DNA of 64,000 nucleotides, taken from Eledone cirrhosa. Lineage: Eukaryota. Shown piece by piece: positions 37,504-49,133 of this stretch. The notes beneath the pieces were generated by a model. The model searched no databases, was not told the origin of the DNA, and saw only the letters and a list, made by a program, of their open reading frames with translations. Positions within the stretch are counted from its first letter, which is position 1. The number at the start of each line of letters is the position of its first letter. The DNA is taken from assembly GCA_964016885.1 (NCBI GenBank), contig OZ024743.1, positions 298,034,001 to 298,098,000 on the forward strand, read 5' to 3'. The position numbers and the translations under genes were made by a program.

Positions 37504-38419
37504 CAAAATGTTTTATAAATATTTGACATAACCAAGGATAATATACCTTAACGGTTCAAGTTACTCTGGAAAGTATATATATGTATTTATATTTATTTTT
37601 ATATATATAGATATATGTGTGTGTGTTTGTATGTGTGTATAGGTATATATATATATACATATCATGTGTATTTGTTTAATTTTAAGTTGTTTGTATGACT
37701 CAAGACAGACATAACATCTGCCTTCAAGAAACCACTGGTAAATGAAATAATTATCTTATGTTGTTTATTACATAGCTAATAAGCTCTGTAGCCTACATAG
37801 AGCACTCTTTTTTCCTGTACCTTTCCGACAGAAATACTTCATTTATATATATATATATATATAAAATTATAAGTTTGAAGAAATAGCAGATAAATGTCAC
37901 AGACTATCCCCTGTGAGGAACAGTCAGATAAAATTTACCGAGTCATTCTTAGCCCGTAGAAATTAACTAGACAAATAATCAATTAACTCTTTAGCATTTA
38001 CATTACTCTATATATACTATTATATTTTCATGGTAAAGGCTTTACCTCGCATAATTATCTCACATAATATCAAATCTATGAGATTTTGAAAATATATTTT
38101 GAGAACAATACCTTAACATCAGTTTGAGCGACCGGTTACAGCCAGTTACAACAGAAAGAGGTAAAGAATTTTGGCTGGTTTGAACATTAAAGGGTTAAAT
38201 GGAGCTCAGTCTAAAATGCAAGTTTGAAGAAAAAATGTATATAAACTTTACCAAAGTTCTTCTAGTCCCGACTGTCGATAGTTTCGCTCGTACTTTGTGG
38301 ATATGTCCAATCCTGGTATTATCCATGAGGCTTCAAGCTTCTCAAGAGGACTAACATTTCTACAGCGATTGCCGCCAGAAATGAATTCAAAAGGGGTAAG
38401 AATCATCATGTGGCTAGCG

Positions 38420-39900
38420 GTCACTCTCTGTCTGGTTGAAGCTCTGCCCCAGCCACAAGTTTCTTCAGTAGCCTGCAGTAAGCTGTCACATACGAAATTC
38501 CAGTTATTATCTATGTCATATGACTCTAAATCGTCTTCTTTTTCGTCATACACATCTTGAAGGGCTTTCCTAAATTTATATTTTAGTGAAAGGTTTTTTA
38601 GCTTCCAGGCCTTTCTTTTCCACATCTTCCTGTATGTCTCATTCTTTCTCTTGCTTACTGAGATGTCACTAACGATTAACCTATGCTGTGGGGTATACTC
38701 TTCCCCTGGGTATGCCTTAGTATTTGACACCATCTGTCTGTCTCGCTGTCTAACTAGCAGGAAGTCAATCTGGGTTATGTGCTCGCCTGATTTGTAGGTT
38801 ATTAGGTGGTTGGTAGGTTTCTGGAAGTTAGTGTTGCAAATGGTTAGTGCAGATGATGATGATGACTTGCATCACAAAATTCAAGAAGCTTCACTCCTTC
38901 ATTTCTTGAGCCGTAACCGTGCCCACCATGTACCCCAGTGTAACCATCCTGGAGCTGTCCAACATGACCATTGAAGTCCCCTGCTAGCATAACGATGTCT
39001 CCGTCCTCTGTCATTGAGGCTGTTTGTAAAAGTTGCTCATAAAAGCAGTCTTTCTCTTCTTTACCTAGGCCTGCCTGGGGATCATAGGCAGAGATGATTG
39101 TCAGTAGTCTCTTGCCTACAACTAATCTAAGCTTAATTATTCTATTACTAACTCGAACTACCTCTATTGTCTATCGATCCATCTCTCAGTCAGTAATATG
39201 CCTACCCCACCTAACCCATCATCATTACCCACCCAGAAAAGCTTATAACTAAGATGTTTGCCTGTGATTAGTCTTGCAGAGACACCTCTCCATCTCACCT
39301 CTTGCACGCAGCACACCTCCACATGTCTTGGCTCCAGCATCTCCACTATTTCACCAGATCTACCTGTTAGAGTGCCAACATTAAGTGTGGCAACTCTGAG
39401 ATGTGACGCCTTCATATTCTTGTTCTTTTTCCTGTTGTGCGATTGCTTGATGACGGTCGGGGGGTTCTCGCACATGGCCTCACCAGCCACCCCACTATCG
39501 TGCGCAGCCCTAACATGGTTAGTATTATTGCTGTTTACGCAGTTGTTGTTGTGCGATTGCTTGATGACAGTCCGGGGGTTCTCGCACATGGCCGCACCAG
39601 CCACCCCACTACCGTGCGCAGCCCTAACACGGTTAGTGTTATTGCTGTTTAGGCAGTTGAAATTCTCATTTGTTCTGCTCATAGTTTTTGGCAGTAGTAT
39701 ATATACTGGTTGGATGCCCTTCCTAACACCAGCACCACTTTACAGCATGGACTGGGTGCTTTTATTCGTGCCACCACCACTAGAGAGGTTGTATCACTGG
39801 ACTCAAGGGCCCTCTTTACCCCTCCATTTTACAGCATGGACTAGGTGCTTTTATTCGTGCCACCAGCACTAGGGAAGTTGTCTTAGTGGACTTAGGAGAC
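38420..39900 (-). pseudogene. RTE LINE 5' part (leader and endonuclease), degenerate, with a tandem duplication of about 105 bp in the N-terminus
   Basis: LRVATLNVGTLTGRS, CCVQEVRWRG, GVGILL, GDFNGHVG, IDFLLV, PQHRLI; NNTNxVRAAHxSGVAGxAMCENPxTVIKQSHN occurs twice. Confidence 0.8.
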
Positions 39901-40833
39901 TTCTCTACCCCGCACCAATTTATTCGGAGTGGTAGCTCTCCTAGGCGGGTTGCCTACACTGCAGTTTATGCCTCTTGTCTGTCCTATGATATATTCACGA
40001 GGGAGTGGTAATTATACAACGTCAGGCATGTATACTGATCGTGATTGTTATTTTTGGTTAGCTCTGAAGTCAGCTTTGATGGAACATTAATAGATTTATA
40101 GTCTAGCTCTCCCATTTCCAGCTGTCATGGTCCGCCAGCTTTTTTTATCTTTACTTTTTCCAGTGTATTTAGAAAAACAATATCCAATGTGTCCTGCTGT
40201 CTTTAAAACAGTTGGGCGTGACCTCATAAACTATAGTTCCGCTGTGAGAAGGGTTCAGTGCAGCCAGCACTTGCGCTGTAAGAAGGATTTGGTGCGGCTA
40301 ACTGGCCTGTCCCTCCTCATAGTGGTACTATCCAGTTCCAGGCTCCCAAACTGTGGTTCCATTGTGAGAAGGCTTTGGCGTGGCCAACAGGCTTTTCCCT
40401 TCACGTAGCAGTGCCATCCAGTTCCACACTGTAAACGTGGTTGCAACACTAACTAGTTCCACTGTGAGAAGGGTTCAGCATAGTCGACTGTCCTGTCCCT
40501 CCTCATAGCACTGCCATGTGGCACCTGAACTGGGGGTCTGCTGTGGGAAAGGTTCTGATCAGAACAAAGATGACAAAATGCATTGTGTATGTGTATGTGT
40601 ATTTGTGTTTGTAAAGATTTATTAATATACAAACACACATGCTATCAGACAGTAAATGACAATGATGATGAAGTTTCAGAGTTCTAATCCTGAAAATTGT
40701 GCTTAGGCTAACTATATATTACATATATTCAGTAATGTGTTTGACAACCTATCTAACCCTTCCAAACATGGAAAAATAGATGTTAAATGATGATGATGAT
40801 CTTTTTTATCAGTTACTTCCATTGCTATTATAG

Positions 40834-40991
40834 GTTGCTGCATCAGAACCTGAGTTAAATGAAGATGAAATACCTAGCAAAAAGAAGCGGTCCACATCTG
40901 CCACAGTGCCTACACTTAGGAGCCCATATTCACCATCTCCAGCTACCTCCAACCAAACAAAACAGAAACAGAATGCCAGGAAGAAATATAA
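40834..40991 (+). CDS. BTB-domain gene, exon 2 (acidic stretch, NLS-like PSKKKR)
   Basis: TATAG|GTT acceptor, phase 0; AA|GTATGA donor, phase 2; VAASEPELNEDEIPSKKKRSTSAT... Confidence 0.7.
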
Positions 40992-41107
40992 GTATGAAAA
41001 AGCCTTCACTGATGGATAAGTTGTTTTTGTCATCACTTTTCTGGGTTTTTTGTTTTTCCATAATCTCTTTTTTTTTTAAAAACTTTTTTCACTTCAATGT
41101 ATTTCAG

Positions 41108-41399
41108 GCAGAGTATTAGTGGTGACAATGTTTCTGATATGGTTGATAAGTCATCTGAAATTCCTACTCAAATTTCTTCCCCGAATTCTATTTCTGAAAA
41201 CGAGGAAGCAGGAAATCTAGTACAGACAGTTCAATTTTCAACTCCTTCAGTTCAGAATGTTGTTTCTCAGCCACCTATTAATGAACAACTTTCTAAGAAA
41301 ACACTCTTTCTTCGTGTCCAGAAAAGATCCGAACTGGCTTCGAGATGGAAGAAAGGAAACTTGTGTGATTCTGGTGTTGGTAATTCACCCACAGTGACG
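41108..41399 (+). CDS. BTB-domain gene, exon 3
   Basis: TTTCAG|G acceptor completes the phase-2 codon; ACG|GTATGT donor, phase 0; ends ...SRWKKGNLCDSGVGNSPTVT. Confidence 0.75.
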
Positions 41400-42392
41400 G
41401 TATGTTTATGAAACTTTAATTAAATTTAATCTCATGATCGCTATCATCTACTTATCTCTTGCTGTGGCTTTGTTGGGTATGCTTGAACAAATTTGTAGTT
41501 AGATTTATTTTGGTGTATGGACAATTTGGTGATGAGTACATTGAAGGTGGATAGAATATTCAGTTCCTTTGAATTACTATGGTAGGGGAATTGATTTTTG
41601 TATCTGGTATGGATTGAGAAGAGGAATCCTAAGTGGTGTGCAAGAGAGAAGACTGCATGGGTATAGATGATGATCACTGGGTAAAGAAGTGCCAAGAAAT
41701 CCCAGTTGTAGGAAGCCACAGCAGAGGTAGACCAAAAAAGAACTGGACAGAGGTGGAGAGAGCTGATTTCAAGTCACTGAGATTCACAGGGGTGATGAGT
41801 GGAGAAATGCTGTGCTGAAAAGGACCTGTCCAACCCATGCGAGTGTGGATAAATGCATGTAAAAATGATGATGAGTTGGGTTGGTAACAAAAACACTAAT
41901 AATCTCTTTATCATCACTGTTTATAATCATCTGTCCAGCTTACTACTATAATATTTGATTAGTTTCTACATTCAGTAATGATTTAGTTGTTTAGACCTTA
42001 TATCTACTAGCAGAAAAGCCGCCCACGGGGCAGTTTTCTGCTAGCATATGTAGTGTGCATATTGGTATTATACGCAAATATATATGCATATAAATTGAAA
42101 CAAAATGAAAACGAAATTTCATTTCTCACTCTTAGTATGGCACTTACTTAAATGTAAGTATGCATGTATACGTACATACATATATGTATACAGACGTACA
42201 GTAGCATGCACATATATATATATATATACATATATACATACATATGCATACAGGTACACATACATATATGCACGTATCAGTTTAGCGGCGCTAACGTCGC
42301 TTTGTTCGTTTGTAAACAAACTGAACAGCCTGAATTTATGCCATACGGTGTTAAGGCAACCACGTCACCTTTTTGTTCAACACTGACACAGG

Positions 42393-42437
42393 AACGATGT
42401 ACTAGTTTCAAGCTTGTTAGCTATCATCAGCACCGTT
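42393..42437 (-). ncRNA. Hammerhead ribozyme, antisense copy
   Basis: Reverse complement of the motif at 43162-43206. Confidence 0.8.
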
Positions 42438-43161
42438 TACCCATCTGCCAGATAGTTGAACGTTCGAAAGTATATACTTTCCTTATGAAAATTAACGGCT
42501 GAGCAGCCTAATTTGCATATTGAGTGAGTTAAATCGGTCAGGCATACCGAAAACGATAAATTGAAACAAAATGAAAACGAAATTTCATTTCTCACTCTTA
42601 GTATGGCACTTACTTAAATGTAAGTATGCATGTATACGTACATACATATATGTATACAGACGTACAGTAGCATGCACATATATATATATATATACATATA
42701 TACATACATATGCATACAGGTACACATACATATATGCACGTATCAGTTTAGCGGCGCTAAAAAGGTGACGTGGTTGCCTTAACACCGTATGGCATAAATT
42801 CAGGCTGTTCAGTTTGTTTACAAACGAACAAAGCGACGTTAGCGCCGCTAAACTGATACGTGCATATATGTATGTGTACCTGTATGCATATGTATGTATA
42901 TATGTATATATATATATATATGTGCATGCTACTGTACGTCTGTATACATATATGTATGTACGTATACATGCATACTTACATTTAAGTAAGTGCCATACTA
43001 AGAGTGAGAAATGAAATTTCGTTTTCATTTTGTTTCAATTTATCGTTTTCGGTATGCCTGACCGATTTAACTCACTCAATATGCAAATTAGGCTGCTCAG
43101 CCGTTAATTTTCATAAGGAAAGTATATACTTTCGAACGTTCAACTATCTGGCAGATGGGTA

Positions 43162-43206
43162 AACGGTGCTGATGATAGCTAACAAGCTTGAAACTAGTAC
43201 ATCGTT
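43162..43206 (+). ncRNA. Minimal type I hammerhead ribozyme, predicted cleavage after 43199
   Basis: AACGGUG CUGAUGA U AGCU-aaca-AGCU U GAAA CUAG UA^ CAUCGUU. Confidence 0.8.
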
Positions 43207-43627
43207 CCTGTGTCAGTGTTGAACAAAAAGGTGACGTGGTTGCCTTAACACCGTATGGCATAAATTCAGGCTGTTCAGTTTGTTTACAAACGAACAAAGC
43301 GACGTTAGCGCCGCTAAACTGATACGTGCATATATGTATGTGTACCTGTATGCATATGTATGTATATATGTATATATATATATATATGTGCATGCTACTG
43401 TACGTCTGTATACATATATGTATGTACGTATACATGCATACTTACATTTAAGTAAGTGCCATACTAAGAGTGAGAAATGAAATTTCGTTTTCATTTTGTT
43501 TCAATTTATCGTTTTCGGTATGCCTGACCGATTTAACTCACTCAATATGCAAATTAGGCTGCTCAGCCGTTAATTTTCATAAGGAAAGTATATACTTTCG
43601 AACGTTCAACTATCTGGCAGATGGGTA

Positions 43628-43672
43628 AACGGTGCTGATGATAGCTAACAAGCTTGAAACTAGTACATCGTT
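43628..43672 (+). ncRNA. Hammerhead ribozyme, second sense copy (cleavage after 43665)
   Basis: Identical motif, 466 bp downstream. Confidence 0.8.
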
Positions 43673-44093
43673 CCTGTGTCAGTGTTGAACAAAAAGGTGA
43701 CGTGGTTGCCTTAACACCGTATGGCATAAATTCAGGCTGTTCAGTTTGTTTACAAACGAACAAAGCGACGTTAGCGCCGCTAAACTGATACGTGCATATA
43801 TGTATGTGTACCTGTATGCATATGTATGTATATATGTATATATATATATATATGTGCATGCTACTGTACGTCTGTATACATATATGTATGTACGTATACA
43901 TGCATACTTACATTTAAGTAAGTGCCATACTAAGAGTGAGAAATGAAATTTCGTTTTCATTTTGTTTCAATTTATCGTTTTCGGTATGCCTGACCGATTT
44001 AACTCACTCAATATGCAAATTAGGCTGCTCAGCCGTTAATTTTCATAAGGAAAGTATATACTTTCGAACGTTCAACTATCTGGCAGATGGGTA

Positions 44094-44138
44094 AACGGTG
44101 CTGATGATAGCTAACAAGCTTGAAACTAGTACATCGTT
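44094..44138 (+). ncRNA. Hammerhead ribozyme, third sense copy (cleavage after 44131)
   Basis: Identical motif, 932 bp downstream. Confidence 0.8.
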
Positions 44139-44439
44139 CCTGTGTCAGTGTTGAACAAAAAGGTGACGTGGTTGCCTTAACACCGTATGGCATAAATTCA
44201 GGCTGTTCAGTTTGTTTACAAACGAACAAAGCGACGTTAGCGCCGCTAAACTGATACGTGCATATATGTATGTGTACCTGTATGCATATGTATGTATATA
44301 TGTATATATATATATATATATATGTGCATGCTACTGTACGTCTGTATACATATATGTATGTACGTATACATGCATACTTATATGCATATAGATATATGTA
44401 AATTGAAAAGTAAATTGACAATATCTTCACCCACTTATT

Positions 44440-45060
44440 TCTGAGAGAGGCGTGGAGGCATAGTCCTTCTCAAACACTCCTTCCAGCGAGTCTGTCAGTA
44501 GCAAACATCTCTAACTGATCCAGCTGGATCCCAAAGCGTGACCAGCCAAGCTCATGGATGTTATCCAACTATCCTGCTCTGAGTCTCTTGCCGGTTGGTT
44601 TAGCCTGTAAAATGTGTCCAGCGATTCTTTACTGAGACATTCTAAACACATGCTCATAATATCGGAGTTGTGATCTCTCAATTCGAAGAAGTAGCGGCTC
44701 TACCAGGAGTGATTCTCTGGTCTCTGAGTTATGTACTTTATCGAGTAACACTACTCCAAAGACCCTTCGGAGGAATCCTATTTCTGCCACTTTTATTTGC
44801 AATTGTATTCTTTTAGCCATTACTCAAGATTCATGATCCTCGGTAAGAGTTGGCAGGAATACCAGGAAGTCAGCGAGTTTGGCTTTTACACCTATCCCTC
44901 TTCTTCTGATTGCTGAATGCTGAGGCTGGCGCATTAATGCATCAGCTTTTGCAATTCTTGCACTTAATTCAGCCTCTTGCATTCCATTACTCATGAACAC
45001 GGCTACAAGATACTTGAACTTCTCTAACTGCTTCAGTAGAACTCCATTCACATGTATATA
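44440..45060 (-). pseudogene. Old RTE (Expander/Rex3-like) 3' fragment
   Basis: LKQLEKFKYL, ELSARIAKA, AEIGFLRRV, EPLLLRIERSQLRY; a related + strand piece lies at about 48490-48815. Confidence 0.7.
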
Positions 45061-45274
45061 AATTTGAGCGACTTCTGTCCACCCGTCCATCACGCAATGT
45101 GTATTTGTGTGAATGTATGTGTGTGTAAAAGGAAGGAAAGGGATACACACATACATATGTCCAACTTAAAAACAGTGATACATGTCTCTAATTTAAGAAC
45201 GCCGACAAACTCACGCGCGCGCACATACACACACTGTTCTATTACCACTTAAGAGCTTTGGCCTAGGCAAACAT

Positions 45275-45460
45275 CCCCTCAATTTTGGAACCGTCTGGGT
45301 TGTCCTGAATTGATGGGAAAAGACTTGATGTTCTTACTCTGTGCTCCTGGTCATGAGGCAGGTACCTTATCTGGGACGTCACAGTTAATGACTCTTTTGC
45401 TTCTTCCCACATCCTGGATGCAGCGGTAAGGGCGAGAGCTACAGCATCCGCAGCTGAATG
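45275..45460 (+). pseudogene. Short CRE-type endonuclease fragment
   Basis: DGKRLDVLTLCSWS*GRYLIWDVTVND, the same motif as at 5000-5100 on the minus strand. Confidence 0.55.
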
Positions 45461-46849
45461 GAACAAAATCCTAAAATACCATGTTCTGTTAACTAAATAC
45501 ATTATCCAGCCTATGTGATCTTTGATGTGTGTATTACGTGCTTGTGTATTTTTTTCTCTTTCTTTTTTCCTTTCCCTTTCCTTTGTATATATTATATTTG
45601 TTAGTGTTTTCGTTCTGTAACCATTATATTAAATGAGTTTTTAAAAAAAGAGTTAATGAATGAATAAAATGTTATATTTGTTTTACCCTCCCATTTACAA
45701 TTCACTGAATGCTGCTATCTTGACTGTATGTGTGTGAATGTATGTCCTTGAGCGTGTATTTTTATAAGTTTGTGTTTGCGCAATTATAATTATATACTCA
45801 TACATACAGATGTATGTAGGTGCACATACACATAGATATGCTTCAGCGTGTAAAAAATCATAATCACTCTATCTGTATCTCTCTCATCACACACTCTCTC
45901 TTTCTATATATATGGTAGTTGAAGTGGTGGTGGTGGCGGTGATATACCGGAAGTGTAGAAATTTGAAACTTTGTAAAGGAGTCAATTTTAAATAAGCAAT
46001 AAAATTATTTATATTAAATTTAATTTAGTACATCAATGATGTAATATTCATTCATTATTTATTCAAAGTAATCCAACTTATTTTACTAACTGATTAAAAG
46101 AAATAAACCGTACGCAGTCCCGCACTCCTTACTTTATTATAGTTTAGATAGTAAACCATTAGAGCATTTGATCTATCATTTCTTGGAGTCATTATTTTAG
46201 ATGCATATAGTTTACTAGTTCATTCCTTCTCCAAACCTCCTAAAAATCTTATGTTGACTGCAATGCATATGTAGGGTGACTAAAACAAACAAAAAAAAAT
46301 GACCCAATTTTTATTTTTCTCTGCTTTATTAATTTTTTGACATAAACTGATAAAATTCCAAATAGATTTAGTTCAAACCATTAAAAATAACATTAAAAAT
46401 TCCCTATCTTCTAACGTTTCTGTCAAGAGTTAAAGTACATGTTCTGAGTGATCCCCATTTGAATCCATGCATTTTTTGAGGTGAAGTTTAGCATAAAAAG
46501 ACATATATAATGTTAAATTTCCATTTAGTTTATCATCATCCTTTTCATCATTAGTTCATATTCTATCTTGCCTTCCATCACCCTTTATCTATTTTGGGGA
46601 GAGGTTGTGATAAAGGTTGATGGTAGTCAGTGTTGAATATGGACTGATCCAATGCTATTCCTCATTACTCATGTGACATAGTACAATGATAGGAGAGATG
46701 ATTAATAATAGAGGAAAGTGTAATGAAAGAAGGGAAAGGACAGAAGCATAAAGAGAGAGAGACTCAATTGCAGATATTATATCACAACCTCCATCACTAC
46801 AATCATTTTATCATGCATACACATTTTTTTTTTCTGTGCGGGGTCATAG

Positions 46850-47360
46850 AAATAATTGGGCTGGATACCCGATCGTGCAGTTAAACCACTGGGAGTGATG
46901 GACCCCTAGCCCTTGTCAGAGCATTTTTCTAGGAGAAGGCATCCCAGTAAACTGGGTTATCTCTGACTGGGTGGTGGAACAGTAAGGTGGAGGAGTCGAT
47001 CAAGGCCAAAAAGCAGGCTTGGAAAGTATGGCGGGATGGGGGAAGTAGAGAAGACTATCAAGTGGCCAGGAGGGAAGCTAGGAGACAAGTGTACTTCGCA
47101 AGAAGGGAAGCAGAGGAAAGAAAGTTCAAGCGTGTTCTACAACGCGAGGACCAAAAACATGAGGTGTTCAGGATTGTTAGGTAATGTGTCAAGGAAAACC
47201 GTGATATTGTCGGGGAGAAGTGTGTCCTTAATGATGATGGTGTACTTGCCATCAGTGACGCTGATAAGAAGGTAGCTTGGAAGTGTCACTATGAGAGGCT
47301 TCTAAATGAGGAGAATAAATAGGACAAAGATAGTCTGCTCCCACATCGATCCAATAGATA
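46850..47360 (+). repeat. Repeat head shared with 15128-15240, joined to an internal RTE fragment
   Basis: GGGCTGGAYACCCGATCGTGCRGTTAAACCACTGGGAGTGA...CTAGGAGAAGGCA; then sequence nearly identical to 52550-52935. Confidence 0.7.
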
Positions 47361-47523
47361 GTAGAAGATACATGTTGAAGGTGCCGCATAGTGGGAGTGA
47401 GCCCCCAAACTATGTGGTTGTGAAATGAACTCCTTAGCTACACAGCCATCTCTCACCTACTTTAATTATTTTTAGTTTTACATACTTCCCACTAATATGA
47501 AACAATTATTTAATATAAATGAA

Positions 47524-47931
47524 GGCGCATGGCTTAGTGGTTAGAGCATTGGGCTTGCAATCGAAAGGTTGTGAGTTCAATTCTCAGACCGGGTGAACAA
47601 GACACTTTATTTCACATTGCTCCAGTTTACTCAGCTATAGAAATGAGATGATAGGACTGGGGTACCTATCATTCCACTGCAAAATGGTCGTGGAGGTGCC
47701 ACAGCAAAAAAGCACTTGCCCACACTGTAAAGTGGACGTGTAGGCGCCACGGAAAAAAAGCACCCAGCACTCACTGTAAATGAGGTTGGTGTTAGGAAAG
47801 GCATCCAGCTGTAGAAATCAAGTCAGAATCAGTTCCCGTATGAGCAAGACAAGGTCAGCCGACCGGACACTGCCCACAACAGGACAACCCATGCTAGCTT
47901 GGGAGAACGGACGTAAAATGGTGATGATGAT
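47524..47931 (+). repeat. tRNA-derived SINE with long RTE tail
   Basis: Same head as 36991; tail matches 21150-21410. Confidence 0.85.
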
Positions 47932-48942
47932 ATATTTCTATATATGCTAGAAATAAGAAGTTTAAAAAAAGTATCTATTTCTTAAATATAAGATTTTTAA
48001 AATAAAGATTTACTTTTAGAATTTCCATATATACTTAAATATAAGCCCCTCCCCATATTTTATGTCTGAAAACAGGCAAAAATCCAAACCCTGTTTATAA
48101 ACTGAAGCAGCTAATCATCAACACATTGTTTAGATAGCATATATACCCCCCCCCCCCCCCCCACACACACACACCCATCCACCCATTTTGACTTTTTTTT
48201 TTTCCTCACAAATTTTTTGGCTTATATTTGGTAATATATTAGTTTCAAAAGAAAATCAAGCAATTGCTCATCAAATAACTACACATTTAGAATTTGAAGT
48301 AAACTTTTTAGCTGTCACTGCTTTTGTTTTTGATTTTGAAGTGTTTATATTTATCTAAAACCCTTCCGTCATAATTTTATGTAAGAACCTTATGTTCCAG
48401 ATACCAACTCAATGAGAAAATTAGTTATATTACTATATCTCTTCAAATTCTTTAATATTTAATAATTATTAGTGCTGCATAGTTGGAATGAAAATCAGGG
48501 CTATGAAGACTGAGAGACTCTTGTGCTCTCAAAGAAGCCTGCATAGTGCACTCTACATGTGAGTAGAATTCCCCTGAAGCAGGTGGAGTAATTCAAGTAT
48601 TTTGGAGCTGTGTTTATTAGTGATGGAAGGCAGGAGGCTGAATTAATTGCAAGAATTGCAGGAGCTGATGCAGTAATACACCAGCTTCAGCATTTGGTAA
48701 TCAGAAGAAAGGAGGTAGGTGTAAAAGCCAAACTCATTATCTTCAATTCGGTGTATGGTCATGAATCTTGGGTAATAACCGAAAGAATACAATGGTGATT
48801 ACAAGTGACTGAAAATGGGTAGTGTCTTTCATTGGAAATGTGGCAATGAAAGGGTTAGATTACTTTTAATTCTGTCTATTTGTTGTTGCAGTTTTTTAGT
48901 TTTTTTTTTTAGTTCTTATAAGATTTTCAATTGTGATTGCAG

Positions 48943-49133
48943 GGGACCCAGAGTGAAGCAAATAAGAGTGCAACTCTACGTCACAGAAAGCCAGTTGCTA
49001 TTTGTACTACTCCCACAGTTATCATTCCAGATGATCTAGAATGTGACATCCCACAGCAACAAACTACAGCTAAGGCATTTGAGAAACATCCAGAAAAAGA
49101 ACAAAATTGTCAAGAAAATATATCTGTTGACAG
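48943..49133 (+). CDS. BTB-domain gene, exon 4
   Basis: TTGCAG|GGG acceptor, phase 0; AG|GTGAAT donor, phase 2; GTQSEANK...TVIIPDDLECD... Confidence 0.75.

Larger units (their letters stand above)
42090..44380. repeat. 466-bp hammerhead-bearing tandem array (retrozyme-like): about 1.4 units in one orientation (42090-42760), about 3.5 units inverted (42759-44380)
   Basis: Exact 466 periodicity (ORF track 43097, 43563, 44029). Units appear identical except for 4 extra nt of (TA)n in the last. TATATGCATATA flanks both ends. Confidence 0.95.

Noticed and set aside
42090-44380. CRISPR-like array
   Set aside because: Eukaryotic context, 466-bp identical units, no unique spacers and no cas genes.
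42105-44430. Repeated 66-147 aa ORFs on both strands of the array
   Set aside because: They arise from stop-poor TA/CA alternation (YIYI, HIHI) and show no protein features; the conserved signal is RNA structure.
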